Below the pieces are notes generated by a model. It saw nothing but the letters and a program-made list of their open reading frames with translations, did not search any database and had not been told where the DNA came from. A program made the position numbers and the translations under genes. From positions 1 through 54,357 of the forward strand of contig QHZE01000460.1 of assembly GCA_003225335.1 (NCBI GenBank): DNA of 54,357 nt, written 5' to 3'. Positions 8,616 through 17,613 of the stretch are shown here, piece after piece. Origin of the DNA: Acidobacteriota bacterium. Its GTDB lineage: Bacteria; Acidobacteriota; UBA6911. Positions within the stretch are counted from its first letter, which is position 1, and the number at the start of each line of letters is the position of its first letter.

Positions 8616-10223
8616 TCACGGTTGCGAGCCGATCGCTATGTTCATCAGACTCTGAATTTCCGTCTGGCTCAGCGCGCGGCTGTAGACGCGCAGCTCGTCC
8701 ACAGTCCCCCTGAGGTAGTCCGAACCGTCAAGCACTCGTCCGATCTGAAGGCTGGTCGGTGCAGCTGCGGTTGGACGTATCGTGGAACTGCCCTTCTCAT
8801 CCCCGTCGACATAGAATCGGTGTGTCGCTCCGTCAAAGGTGTAAACAATGTAATGCCATGTCCTGGACGGTTGGTTTGCGGCCACGAGCCAGCCGCCAGG
8901 ATCCTGCCAGACTCCAATTCGGGAGTCCTTGAATCCCGCCTGGATCGAGATCTGCTGCGCGTCATCGGCCAGCGAGACTACAGGCTCCGTCGAGGTCGAC
9001 CGTCTGCTCGCAGTGAACCAGTAGGCTATGGTCTGAGGAGCGTTCATTGCAGGCAAACCGGAACATGGAGCCGTCACGTAGGCATTTTTTCCATTGAACC
9101 AGAGTGCATTTCCGTACTTGCCCGTCGTCCAGCTCGCATTGAATAAGGTGCCGGTATTTGAGTTTCCAGAGTAATCCGCAGCCGTGGTTCCGGCGCCTTC
9201 GTCGAAGGAATACGCGACCACAAGGTCGGCGTTGAGAGGCGTCGTAGTCTTAAATGTGAAATCGGAGCTGGTAACAAGGTTCGTGGCCGCGTCCTTCGAC
9301 GTTACCCGGTAGTGGTAAATCGTACCGGCGGCAAGACCGCTGAGAGTTTGAGTGTGCGAGGTTGTCAGGGACGGATCCAACGCCGACGTGGATCCGTAAC
9401 TCGTCGATGTCCCGTATTGAACCTGTGAATTGGCCGCCTCGTTCGTGCTCCAGCGGATAGTCGCTGCATTGCCGCTGACGCCGCTGCTCGAAACGCTGCT
9501 TATGACAGGCGCGGTCGTGTCGGCCGTGGCGCTCGTCGTAAACGTGAAGTCGCCCGAGGTCGCCGGGTTGCCGGCGGCATCCACAGACTTTACCCGGAAG
9601 TGATACGTGGCGCTCGCCGCCAGGCCGCTGAGCCCCTGGGAGTGCGCCGTCACGAGCGTCGCGTTGAGCGGGGTCGAGGACCCGTACGAGGCCGTGGCGC
9701 CGTAATCCACCTGGCTGTTGGTCTGCTCGTTCGTGGTCCAGGTGACGGTGGCAGAGCTGAAGGTCACCGAGGAACTGGAGACCGCGCTGATGACGGGCGG
9801 GGTCGTGTCACCACCCGTCACAGCCGCGGTGGCCTGGTTTGAGAACCCGCTTTGCACGCCTGAACTGTCGTAGGCGGTAACTGCGAAATAGTAAGTTCCG
9901 GCGGCCAATCCTGTAACGGTGTACGTTGTCCTGGTTCCAACGTCCACAGACGTGCCATACGCTCCGGAAGCCGTTCCGAAATGGACCTTGTATCCGGCCG
10001 CGCCTGTGGAGGCGTTCCAGGCGAGATTAACATCTCCCGCAAAAGAGATCCCCGCAAAGGCCGAAAGACCTAAAACAACCGCCAGGATGGCGAAAGGAGT
10101 GGAGAATCCAAAACGGCGGTCGCTCACGAGGCCAACACTCCCGCGCTCTGTGCCGGTCGATGGGGGCTCGCCGCGCATGTTTCCCTTGGCATTACCCCTC
10201 AAGCGGATGGGATGTCTCCTCAT
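8616..10223 (-). CDS. Secreted fibronectin type III-repeat protein with C-terminal LamG-like domain
   Basis: Signal-like segment, three FN3 units (W..S/T, L.GL....TY..RV/AV), and C-terminal YSFDEG.G, GKYGNAL.F.G, W.YIV.T.DG, DELRVYSRALS. Start uncertain. Confidence 0.85.
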   Translation of the reverse strand: MRRHPIRLRGNAKGNMRGEPPSTGTERGSVGLVSDRRFGFSTPFAILAVVLGLSAFAGISFAGDVNLAWNASTGAAGYKVHFGTASGAYGTSVDVGTRTTYTVTGLAAGTYYFAVTAYDSSGVQSGFSNQATAAVTGGDTTPPVISAVSSSSVTFSSATVTWTTNEQTNSQVDYGATASYGSSTPLNATLVTAHSQGLSGLAASATYHFRVKSVDAAGNPATSGDFTFTTSATADTTAPVISSVSSSGVSGNAATIRWSTNEAANSQVQYGTSTSYGSTSALDPSLTTSHTQTLSGLAAGTIYHYRVTSKDAATNLVTSSDFTFKTTTPLNADLVVAYSFDEGAGTTAADYSGNSNTGTLFNASWTTGKYGNALWFNGKNAYVTAPCSGLPAMNAPQTIAYWFTASRRSTSTEPVVSLADDAQQISIQAGFKDSRIGVWQDPGGWLVAANQPSRTWHYIVYTFDGATHRFYVDGDEKGSSTIRPTAAAPTSLQIGRVLDGSDYLRGTVDELRVYSRALSQTEIQSLMNIAIGSQP

Positions 10224-10627
10224 GGGTTATCTCCCTCTCTCTAACTGGGACCCGAACACCCTGCAGGGCCACAACCGCCCGGAGCTGTTCACGCAGAAAC
10301 TACTTCCAGCTCTTGTGGGAATCCAAGTCGTCGGATGGAAACGTCCGCGGCCTTTCTGCCGGCTATGTCTTAAGCGTAGAGGCGCGCCACAAAAGTGTGA
10401 TCCCAGTCTCAGATGCTGAAGAAATCTCTTTTGGCGAACAGCCTATCGCTCGCGGGCGTTTCTGGAACGGAATTCAATCCTTCCTGGGGCGCATTCCTTA
10501 CGACTGCGGTTTGACTAACTGAGGGAGACTTACAGGTACGTTTTTAGAACAAGAGCGTTTGCAAATCAAGTGAAAACTTTGGCGCCGCCTCTAATCGCAC
10601 CCGGAAAAGACGGAAAAGACAAGGGGC

Positions 10628-10656
10628 TTGCCGGTGTGGGAGGCCGCGCGTATAAT
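10628..10656 (+). promoter_or_regulatory. Sigma70-like promoter for trxB
   Basis: TTGCCG-N17-TATAAT. Confidence 0.7.
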
Positions 10657-10664
10657 CAGGGTTC

Positions 10665-10713
10665 CCGCGAGCTCATCTGGCGACCTGAAGCGTTGGATCT
10701 CGCGGTTTTTTTT
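10665..10713 (+). terminator. Intrinsic-terminator-like hairpin in the trxB leader
   Basis: CCGCGAG...CTCGCGG stem followed by T8, lying between the promoter and the ATG. Confidence 0.5.
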
Positions 10714-10736
10714 CAGGCTTTGACCTGACATCGGAC

Positions 10737-11678
10737 ATGAACAATCCCAGAAAGGTCGTCATCATTGGCTCCGGACCGGCGGGATTTACGGCAGCCATCT
10801 ATGCCGCACGGGCAAACCTTTCCCCATTGATGTTCATAGGGTCGCAGCCCGGGGGCCAGTTGATGCTGACGACGCTGGTCGAAAACTATCCAGGTTTTGT
10901 CGAGGGCATAGACGGACCGCCACTAATGGAACTGTTCCAGAAGCAAGCGGCACGTTTCGGAACCGAACTGATTCAGGACGATGTCACTGCGGTGGACTTC
11001 CGTCGCAACCCTTTCGCGGTGACAGCCCGTGAGGTGACAGTCGAGACCCAGACCGTGATTATCGCCACGGGAGCGTCCGCCAAGCTTCTCGGGTTGGAAA
11101 ACGAGTCCAGACTCATGGGGCGCGGTGTGTCTACCTGCGCGACTTGCGATGGGTTCTTTTTCAAGGACCAGGACGTCATGGTGGTGGGAGGAGGCGATAC
11201 GGCGATCGAAGAGGCGCTCTACCTTTCCCGCCTGGGCCGCAAAGTTGACGTGGTGCACCGCCGCGGTACCCTGCGAGCGTCCAAAATCCTGCAGGAGAGG
11301 GCCTTCAAAAATCCCAAGATCAATTTCATGTGGAACACCACCGTCGAGGACATCCTGGATCCAGCTCAGGGGAAAGTCAAGTCGGCTCGTTTGAGAAACC
11401 ACAAGACAAATACGGGTTGGGAGGTCGAGGTCGACGGCATTTTCATCGCTATTGGCCATCAACCTAACACATCGCTTTTTGAAGGGCAGCTCGACCTTCA
11501 GCCGAACAAATACATCAAAGTGAAGCCGGGTACAACGCAAACTTCCGTTCCGGGGGTTTTTGCCGCCGGTGACGTTCAGGATTACACCTACCGGCAGGCC
11601 GTGACCGCTGCGGGATCGGGCTGCATGGCAGCCCTGGAGGCCGAGCGCTACCTGGAAGAACACTACGCCAGTCACTAA
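10737..11678 (+). CDS. trxB: Thioredoxin-disulfide reductase
   Basis: IIGSGPAG, CATCDG, VVGGGDTA.EEA, GVFAAGDV. Confidence 0.96.
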   Translation: MNNPRKVVIIGSGPAGFTAAIYAARANLSPLMFIGSQPGGQLMLTTLVENYPGFVEGIDGPPLMELFQKQAARFGTELIQDDVTAVDFRRNPFAVTAREVTVETQTVIIATGASAKLLGLENESRLMGRGVSTCATCDGFFFKDQDVMVVGGGDTAIEEALYLSRLGRKVDVVHRRGTLRASKILQERAFKNPKINFMWNTTVEDILDPAQGKVKSARLRNHKTNTGWEVEVDGIFIAIGHQPNTSLFEGQLDLQPNKYIKVKPGTTQTSVPGVFAAGDVQDYTYRQAVTAAGSGCMAALEAERYLEEHYASH

Positions 11679-11748
11679 TTGAGGATCGAAGATGGAGGAT
11701 AGAGACATCATGTTTGATCTCTCCACGCTCCATCCTCAATCCTCTATC
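11679..11748. repeat. GAGGAT-family heptamer hairpin between convergent genes
   Basis: TTGAGGATCGAAGATGGAGGATAG ... CTCCATCCTCAATCCTCTATC. Confidence 0.65.
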
Positions 11749-12742
11749 GTCTGTCTTTACGTTGCTTCAAAAACTCCATGAGATCTTCGGGGGAAAGCTC
11801 GTACAGATCAGGAGAATTCTCATCGGGCCGGTTCTTCCAGCGCTTATGTCCCCAAAGCCACGTCTCTGGGTACTGCCGGATAATACCTTCCAGGATCCGG
11901 TTGAACACTCTGGTGTTTAACTCTACATCCCGATTCATGTCTCCCGTGCGTATCAGGTCGAGAGGCTCCAGAAACCTGATTCTGTATTTACCGCCGATCG
12001 AAGGCGTAAGGAACCCGGGAAGCACGACTGCATGGGTTCGAAGGGCAAACAGCGCCAGGCTGGTGGACGTCGCCGCAGGAACGCCAAAAAGGTCCGCAAA
12101 AATCCCTTCCTGCGGGCTGGTGTTTTGATCCATCAGGATTCCCACCGCCTCGCCCTGCTTCAGTTTTTCCAGAATCACGCGAGTTGAATTCTTCTTGGGG
12201 ACGGTCTTGTTTCCCGAAGCCTCCCGCAGCCGGAGCACGTATCGTTCGAGGGGAGGATTGTCCAAAGGACGCGTTACGAAGCTCAGAGGGTAACCATACA
12301 AGGCGTGCGCCGCGGGGAGGAGCTCCCAGGCGCTGAAATGACCGGTCAAGTACAGCAAAGGTTTTCCCGTCCGACGGGCCAGGAGATAATTCTCCAGTCC
12401 AAATTGAGAGTCATATTCCACCAGAGAGCCTATGTTTTGAGGAGAAAGCAAGGGAAGGCGAGCTGCCTCGACAAGGTTGCGGGCGGTATTCTGAAAACTC
12501 CTCCAACCGATGCGATCGCGTTCCCGGGGCGTCAGCTCCGGGAACGCGATCGTTAAGTTTGTCCTGGCGATTCGACGATGCTTAACATCCACCCAATACG
12601 CGAGCAGCGCTGCCAGGTTCAGCATGCCGATGCTCAGGCTTCGCGGCAGCAGGCGAAACAGAGCCATTAGGAAGCGTGCTGTAAGGTAAGCGATGTAGGA
12701 TTGCAATTTGTGGCGTTCCTGAGGCGATGCTATACTTGCCAA
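11744..12742 (-). CDS. Lipid A lauroyl/myristoyl acyltransferase family (LpxL/HtrB-like)
   Basis: GHFSAWE (HxxxxE), GILMDQ, F.DLFG.PA, WLWGHKRWK. Confidence 0.88.
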   Translation of the reverse strand: MASIASPQERHKLQSYIAYLTARFLMALFRLLPRSLSIGMLNLAALLAYWVDVKHRRIARTNLTIAFPELTPRERDRIGWRSFQNTARNLVEAARLPLLSPQNIGSLVEYDSQFGLENYLLARRTGKPLLYLTGHFSAWELLPAAHALYGYPLSFVTRPLDNPPLERYVLRLREASGNKTVPKKNSTRVILEKLKQGEAVGILMDQNTSPQEGIFADLFGVPAATSTSLALFALRTHAVVLPGFLTPSIGGKYRIRFLEPLDLIRTGDMNRDVELNTRVFNRILEGIIRQYPETWLWGHKRWKNRPDENSPDLYELSPEDLMEFLKQRKDRR

Positions 12743-12838
12743 GTTTCATCAGTTGCGGCGCGCTATCGGCGTCATAGCTCAGGAATTGTGCCGCCATTTC
12801 GGGATACAGTGGATACCGTAAAGAAGCTCTTTAAGGTC

Positions 12839-13498
12839 ATGAACCATGGGGCAGTCTGCCCCGCGATCTTTCGGTCGAGCCTCGTAATCTTGATTCTAAG
12901 CGCGCTCGCCATCGGGGGATATAAGGCCCGTCCCTGGACCATCGGAGCGGCCGAGAGTTACCCCGCGCGGCTGCATAGCGAAGGAGTCACTATTGCCGTT
13001 CAGCCCCTTTTTCAGGATTCGCTTGCCGCTCGCGTCTTCGACAAAAGCGACATCGTGACGCGCGGCATTATGCCCGTCGCGCTCCTGATTTTCAACGATA
13101 ACGACTTTCCCGTGCAGGTTGATGGCGCTTCGGCGGAGCTGATTCACGAAGAAGACCGGCTTCGAACTCTCGAGCCCGGCCAGGTTGTCCACGGGCTCTT
13201 CTCCAAAGACAAGAGGAATGTTTGGGTTCCGCAGCCTGTTCCGCGACTCCCGGGAGGAGGGCGCTCTGATGCCGAAGCTCTTGACGACTTTGAGCATAAA
13301 TTCTTCGACCGAAAGATCGCGGAGCCCCATAACAAGGCAGGCGGATTTCTCTACCTTCGGCTGCCCCAATCGAAGGATATACGCGGATACCTTGCGGAGT
13401 CGCGCATTTACATTCCCGAAATCTCCCGGGTGGATACGGGCGCACCGATGATCTATTTTGAGATTGACCTGCGCCCCGCGGTCGATGCAGTCCCGTGA
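12839..13498 (+). CDS. Hypothetical exported protein
   Basis: N-terminal hydrophobic signal-like segment; protein-like composition. Confidence 0.65.
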   Translation: MNHGAVCPAIFRSSLVILILSALAIGGYKARPWTIGAAESYPARLHSEGVTIAVQPLFQDSLAARVFDKSDIVTRGIMPVALLIFNDNDFPVQVDGASAELIHEEDRLRTLEPGQVVHGLFSKDKRNVWVPQPVPRLPGGGRSDAEALDDFEHKFFDRKIAEPHNKAGGFLYLRLPQSKDIRGYLAESRIYIPEISRVDTGAPMIYFEIDLRPAVDAVP

Positions 13499-13570
13499 TT
13501 CTTCGTGATTCGGTCGTGTCTTCGTGGTGGATTGGGCCCGGCCCTTCCCACGAAGAACGAAGACGCAAAG
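13499..13570. repeat. CACGAAGA-family repeat hairpin
   Basis: TTCGTG..TCGTGTCTTCGTGG ... CCACGAAGAACGAAGACGCAAAG. Confidence 0.6.
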
Positions 13571-13634
13571 GCAGGCCCCGCATAGAATTTGCATCAATGT
13601 TTTCTTCAAGCGGGCGATAAGAAAAGGGTAGAGC

Positions 13635-13784
13635 ATGTCGAAAGATGGCCAAGCTGAGGCGCCGGCGGCGGAGCTGATCATAGTGCCCCCCCAAGAGTCC
13701 ATTCGCTGGAGCGCCTGCGGAGAGGAGAGACTGTCCGCTGGTTTCCGCTTGAGGCCGGAAACGGAGGACATCTTTCAGGACTGA
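13635..13784 (+). CDS. Possible 49-aa small protein
   Basis: Purine-rich AAAAGGG upstream; ORF MSKDGQAEAPAAELIIVPPQ...EDIFQD, below the ORF-track cutoff. Confidence 0.3.
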   Translation: MSKDGQAEAPAAELIIVPPQESIRWSACGEERLSAGFRLRPETEDIFQD

Positions 13785-13860
13785 CCGGCTCTGAGAAAAG
13801 TGTTTAAGGAACCGATAGCGGCTTCTCCCCCAAGCACGTCGCCAGGAAAAACTTCCGCCG

Positions 13861-15270
13861 ATGCCATCCAATCCCAAGTCGCGCCCTTCTCGAGATTCCT
13901 TTCTCGAAACTCTCAACGCCGAGACGTTGGCGGGAACGGAAAACCTCTCTGCCTGGCTCCGCCATGTCGCTGCGCAAGAGAGAACTGAAATCGTCTTCGA
14001 GCTGGAGGCCTGGCTTCGGGGCTTGCGTGCGTTTTTTGACATTCGGCACCTTCCGCTGACGGGGGCTGAGCGCGCCAACCTGGTAAGTCGAAGTTTCTCT
14101 CCCGAAATTCGCATCGTGTACCGCACCCTCCTGCACGTCGAAAGGATAAGCAACGCCATACTCAGCGTGGGACAGCCCCAGAAGCTCGAGTTCGAGACTT
14201 TCGTGGAGGCACAGCTCCGAAAGGGAGCTCGGCCGGACCTGCAGGTCAGCAGGGTTTTGGAACAGCCTACGCCGTTGGACAGCCTGTCGCACTTCCTGGA
14301 AGCCCTAAATGATCTGAGAATGATGGTGCAGGCTCTAAAGGACGCGCCCGACCAGAGCTACCCCGTCTTTCTCGGCATCGGGCGATGCTTCCAGCGGGAC
14401 CTGCGAGATTGCCGGTACATCGACATGCTCCTTACCCAGCAGTTCAAGGTGCAATTCGATCAGGTGGATAATACTGTCGTGAGATCCCTCTTGCGAAGCA
14501 TACGCGACAAACAAGTCCGGCAAAATGTATCCCTTGCCCTCCTTCATCTGTACCGTCTGCTCCGGTATTTGAAGATCGTTTCCCAGGATCTGGTCAGGGA
14601 TCGTCCTCTGCGCCACTACCTGGTAATCTTCTCGCTTCTCCACGAAGAAATGGGCAATCTCTCTCAGTTTCTCAAAGCCGGTTTCCTCCGCCGGCAACAA
14701 GCCGGGCAGGGCCTCTGGAATGCGGTTGAGCTGATCGTGTATTCTCTTCAAATCGAGTCTCAGCGCGCGCTCGAGCGCGAGCTGGTCTTCGTTTCACAGG
14801 AGCGCCAGGCCCCTCCGATTTACACCAAGATCGAAAACAGTCACGGGCTGCTGCGCAATTGCTTCCAGAGCTCCATCGTCGCTCTGGTCCAGGCTTTAGA
14901 CAAATCCGTAGATGCGAAAACCATCTTCCCGTCGATGGTCGATCGGTTGCAGGAAGCACAGAAGCTCCTTCAGGAGCTCTGGGATCTACGCCAGGCCATT
15001 AAGGACTTATTGGACAAAGGGAAGGAATTCGATCTGAACCGCGTCATGGACCGCCTCACGAGTTTTCGAGAGTCCTCGCTACGCTACTTGATGTATCGGG
15101 ATTGGGGCGAATTTGAAAGGTTGTCGGATGCGATTATCACAGCGACGAGTGAGATCGAGTTGCGCACTCTCCTCCGCAAGTTCGTGAGCTTTCTCGAAGC
15201 CCTGGTTCAGGAGGTCTCGAATCGCAGTGTCCTGCGGGAATCGCCTGCAGAATCAATCCTTAGACAATGA
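13861..15270 (+). CDS. Hypothetical all-alpha-helical protein (469 aa)
   Basis: Long ORF with L/R/E-rich amphipathic helices and no motif I recognise. Confidence 0.8.
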   Translation: MPSNPKSRPSRDSFLETLNAETLAGTENLSAWLRHVAAQERTEIVFELEAWLRGLRAFFDIRHLPLTGAERANLVSRSFSPEIRIVYRTLLHVERISNAILSVGQPQKLEFETFVEAQLRKGARPDLQVSRVLEQPTPLDSLSHFLEALNDLRMMVQALKDAPDQSYPVFLGIGRCFQRDLRDCRYIDMLLTQQFKVQFDQVDNTVVRSLLRSIRDKQVRQNVSLALLHLYRLLRYLKIVSQDLVRDRPLRHYLVIFSLLHEEMGNLSQFLKAGFLRRQQAGQGLWNAVELIVYSLQIESQRALERELVFVSQERQAPPIYTKIENSHGLLRNCFQSSIVALVQALDKSVDAKTIFPSMVDRLQEAQKLLQELWDLRQAIKDLLDKGKEFDLNRVMDRLTSFRESSLRYLMYRDWGEFERLSDAIITATSEIELRTLLRKFVSFLEALVQEVSNRSVLRESPAESILRQ

Positions 15271-15887
15271 GCCAGGGTCAGGTGCCTGTAAGAATTATGA
15301 GATTGAAGCGCGCGTTCCTGTGGTCTTCTCTGGGAGGCGTGGCTCTGGGCGTTGGCGTGGCCCTCATAGGAAAGATGGCTCGCAAGCCCGCCTTAAGCCC
15401 TCTCGTTTACGAGAAGATTCCTCCCGGCTGCAAGAGAATATCTCTATGGACCGAGCGATTTGAGATTGGGGTAGCGGGGAAGCCGAGTGTTGCGCACGAT
15501 GAATATCTACTGCAGGTCACGCCTTTCAAGGTGTGGAGTTTCTTGAACCTTCCGTCGCCGGACAACAAGGCTCTGCAGGAGGGCATCCCTGTATACCACG
15601 CCACAGTGATCCGGCACCTCGAACCCGTGAACGGAGAAAACGGGCCGGAAGAAGCTCACGGTCGGGAAGAAACTCAAATCCAGGATCGCTTCTATGGGAT
15701 CCTGTCCGCGAGCGGCGGGCCAGGGAAATCGCCCGGCCCAAACTTGCTCGCTCGGGGTGGGTCGCTGGAGTTGCGTAAGTGCAGCGTGGGCGGCACCAGC
15801 AATGCGGTCGAAACCGGAGAGGTGCATCGCTCTACCGGCCTGGTCCTCAATTATCGCTTTGAGTATACCTATGCCGTTACCGACTGA
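15267..15887 (+). CDS. Hypothetical membrane-anchored protein
   Basis: ATGA overlap with the upstream stop; N-terminal TM segment LGGVALGVGVALIG. Confidence 0.65.
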   Translation: MSQGQVPVRIMRLKRAFLWSSLGGVALGVGVALIGKMARKPALSPLVYEKIPPGCKRISLWTERFEIGVAGKPSVAHDEYLLQVTPFKVWSFLNLPSPDNKALQEGIPVYHATVIRHLEPVNGENGPEEAHGREETQIQDRFYGILSASGGPGKSPGPNLLARGGSLELRKCSVGGTSNAVETGEVHRSTGLVLNYRFEYTYAVTD

Positions 15888-15916
15888 TCCTCCCGGCAAG
15901 TGGCAAAGCGTTCTTT

Positions 15917-15966
15917 AGAGACACGGAGAAAAACCTTGTCTCCGTGGCTAAATCGGTTGCGGTTGG
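15917..15966 (-). repeat. Short CACAGAGA-type hairpin plus module B remnant
   Basis: AGAGACACGGAG...GTCTCCGTGGC followed by GGTTGCGG. Confidence 0.5.
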
Positions 15967-16032
15967 GTGGGCCGGGGCGAAGCGTTTCCTATAGCGGGAC
16001 CACACGAGAGACAAAGGCGGCCTAGGATTGGC

Positions 16033-17025
16033 CTAGGATATGATGGCGCCTTTTACCAAGCGCCCCACATGGAACTCGAGCTTGCCGTCCCCCACCTCCA
16101 CATGTATCACTTCGTTGGGATCCAGCCCCTTTTCGGCAATCATGCTCGCCAGCGGGTACTCCAGATATTCGCGGACCGCACGGCGCAGCGGCCGTGCCCC
16201 GTAGCGAAGGTTCGTACCGCGCTCGATCAGGAATTTCTTGGATGGGTCGGATATGACCGTTCCGACGCCGGCCATGGCGAGGCGGGCGCGCGTGTCCAGC
16301 AAGAACTTGTCCAGTATAGCCAGCAGATGCTCTTCCTTTAGCCGGTTAAAGGTAATGATTTCGTCGATCCGGTTGATGAACTCCGGGCTGAAGAAATCCT
16401 CGACGGCCCCGATGCAGACGGTCTGGATCTTGGCATCCGCAGAATCCTGATCCAGTTCCTCGAACTTATGACTGGGCGGGCTGAATCCGATGACGGCATT
16501 CTTGGTAATGTCGTCCACCTCCTTGGCGCATACGTTGCTGGTCATCATGATAAAGCAGTTTCTGAAGGTAAGATCTACGGCCCGCCCGGTCTTCAGTTCG
16601 CCGCGCTCCAGGATCTGGAGAAGGAGGTCGTAGAAAGCGCGATCCGCCTTCTCTAACTCCTCAAAAATCACAATCGTGAGCTTTCTGTCCAGTTTTTCCT
16701 GGGTCAGAAACGGAGGCTGTTCGTGCCCCACATACCCTGGAGGCGCGCCCACGAGCTTGGCTACGTCGTGGGGATTCTTGAACTCGGTGCAGTTAACTGC
16801 CACAACTTCGTTCTCATCGCCGTGCAATACCTTGGCCAGGGAACGGCCGATCTGGCTTTTACCAGTCCCGGTGGGCCCCAGGAAGAGAAAGGTCCCGAGG
16901 GGACGCCGCGGGTCGCAGATTCCAAGATCGGCAACCATTACAGCCCGCACTACCGCGTCTATGGCACGGTCCTGGCCAATGATCTCTTTTCTCATCTGTT
17001 CGCGGAGTTCCTGAGCCTTAAGCAC
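16033..17025 (-). CDS. Single-domain Clp-type AAA+ ATPase (ClpA/B/C D2 module only)
   Basis: IIGQD.AI, GPTGTGKS, PPGYVG, FSPEFINRID, YGARPLRR. GTG start at 17025 with GGGAGG RBS and TATAAT at 17061-17056. Confidence 0.88.
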   Translation of the reverse strand: MLKAQELREQMRKEIIGQDRAIDAVVRAVMVADLGICDPRRPLGTFLFLGPTGTGKSQIGRSLAKVLHGDENEVVAVNCTEFKNPHDVAKLVGAPPGYVGHEQPPFLTQEKLDRKLTIVIFEELEKADRAFYDLLLQILERGELKTGRAVDLTFRNCFIMMTSNVCAKEVDDITKNAVIGFSPPSHKFEELDQDSADAKIQTVCIGAVEDFFSPEFINRIDEIITFNRLKEEHLLAILDKFLLDTRARLAMAGVGTVISDPSKKFLIERGTNLRYGARPLRRAVREYLEYPLASMIAEKGLDPNEVIHVEVGDGKLEFHVGRLVKGAIIS

Positions 17026-17323
17026 GGTGCCTCCCTTCGCGCGTTCTGGAACGCTATTATAGATTACGCAAAACAACAAAAGGTTTCCGAATCTGATGTT
17101 TGGAGCTCGGTGAAGACCGCAGCCCGAAGGCCAAACACCCCACACCTTTTGAAGCATTGCTTTGAATGTGCTCCGATCAAGTCCTGATGGAACACAGCAG
17201 GCAGGGATGCACCGAAATTACACGGTAACCCGGAAACGGAAGCTCCGTGTGCACCCGTGCCTATAGTTCATATCGGCGCGAGGCCCAAAAGCATTTCGAT
17301 GCCGTGGAGAAATATGCTAGCTT

Positions 17324-17592
17324 AGGGTCTGTAACGAAATAATCTGAGCACTTTGCTGCTGGCCCCCAGGCCCGCTGGCGAGGCGCGAGCGACGAGCAAT
17401 ACCCGGTGCGGTATGTGAGGAGCGAGCAACAAAGCCTGCGGGCCGCAGCCCGAAGCGGTGCGGCGGCGAAGGGCGCGTATCGGCGTTGTTACCGCTCCTC
17501 GACGATGTCCGACATCGACTGCGTCGCGGCGGCTCGCATCTGCCCGCCCGGCGCTCGCGACAAAGTGTTCCTATTATTTCGTTACAGACCCT
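17324..17592. mobile_element. MITE (non-autonomous) upstream of hisS
   Basis: Perfect 20-bp TIR AGGGTCTGTAACGAAATAAT (17324-17343 / 17573-17592), extending to 29/32; no transposase inside. Confidence 0.85.
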
Positions 17593-17613
17593 CACCGTTC
17601 GCGCTTTGGGCCT

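Noticed and set aside
9240-9810. Internal repeat in the FN3 gene as a diversity-generating template/variable pair
   Set aside because: Ordinary diverged domain duplication, with no adenine-specific pattern seen and no reverse transcriptase.
10330-10372. Possible c-di-GMP-I riboswitch upstream of the FN3-LamG/PilZ genes (minus strand CGGCAGAAAGGCCG..GGACG)
   Set aside because: A GAAA-type hairpin is present, but the GCAAA motifs and P1/P3 stems were not found. It would need an Rfam scan.
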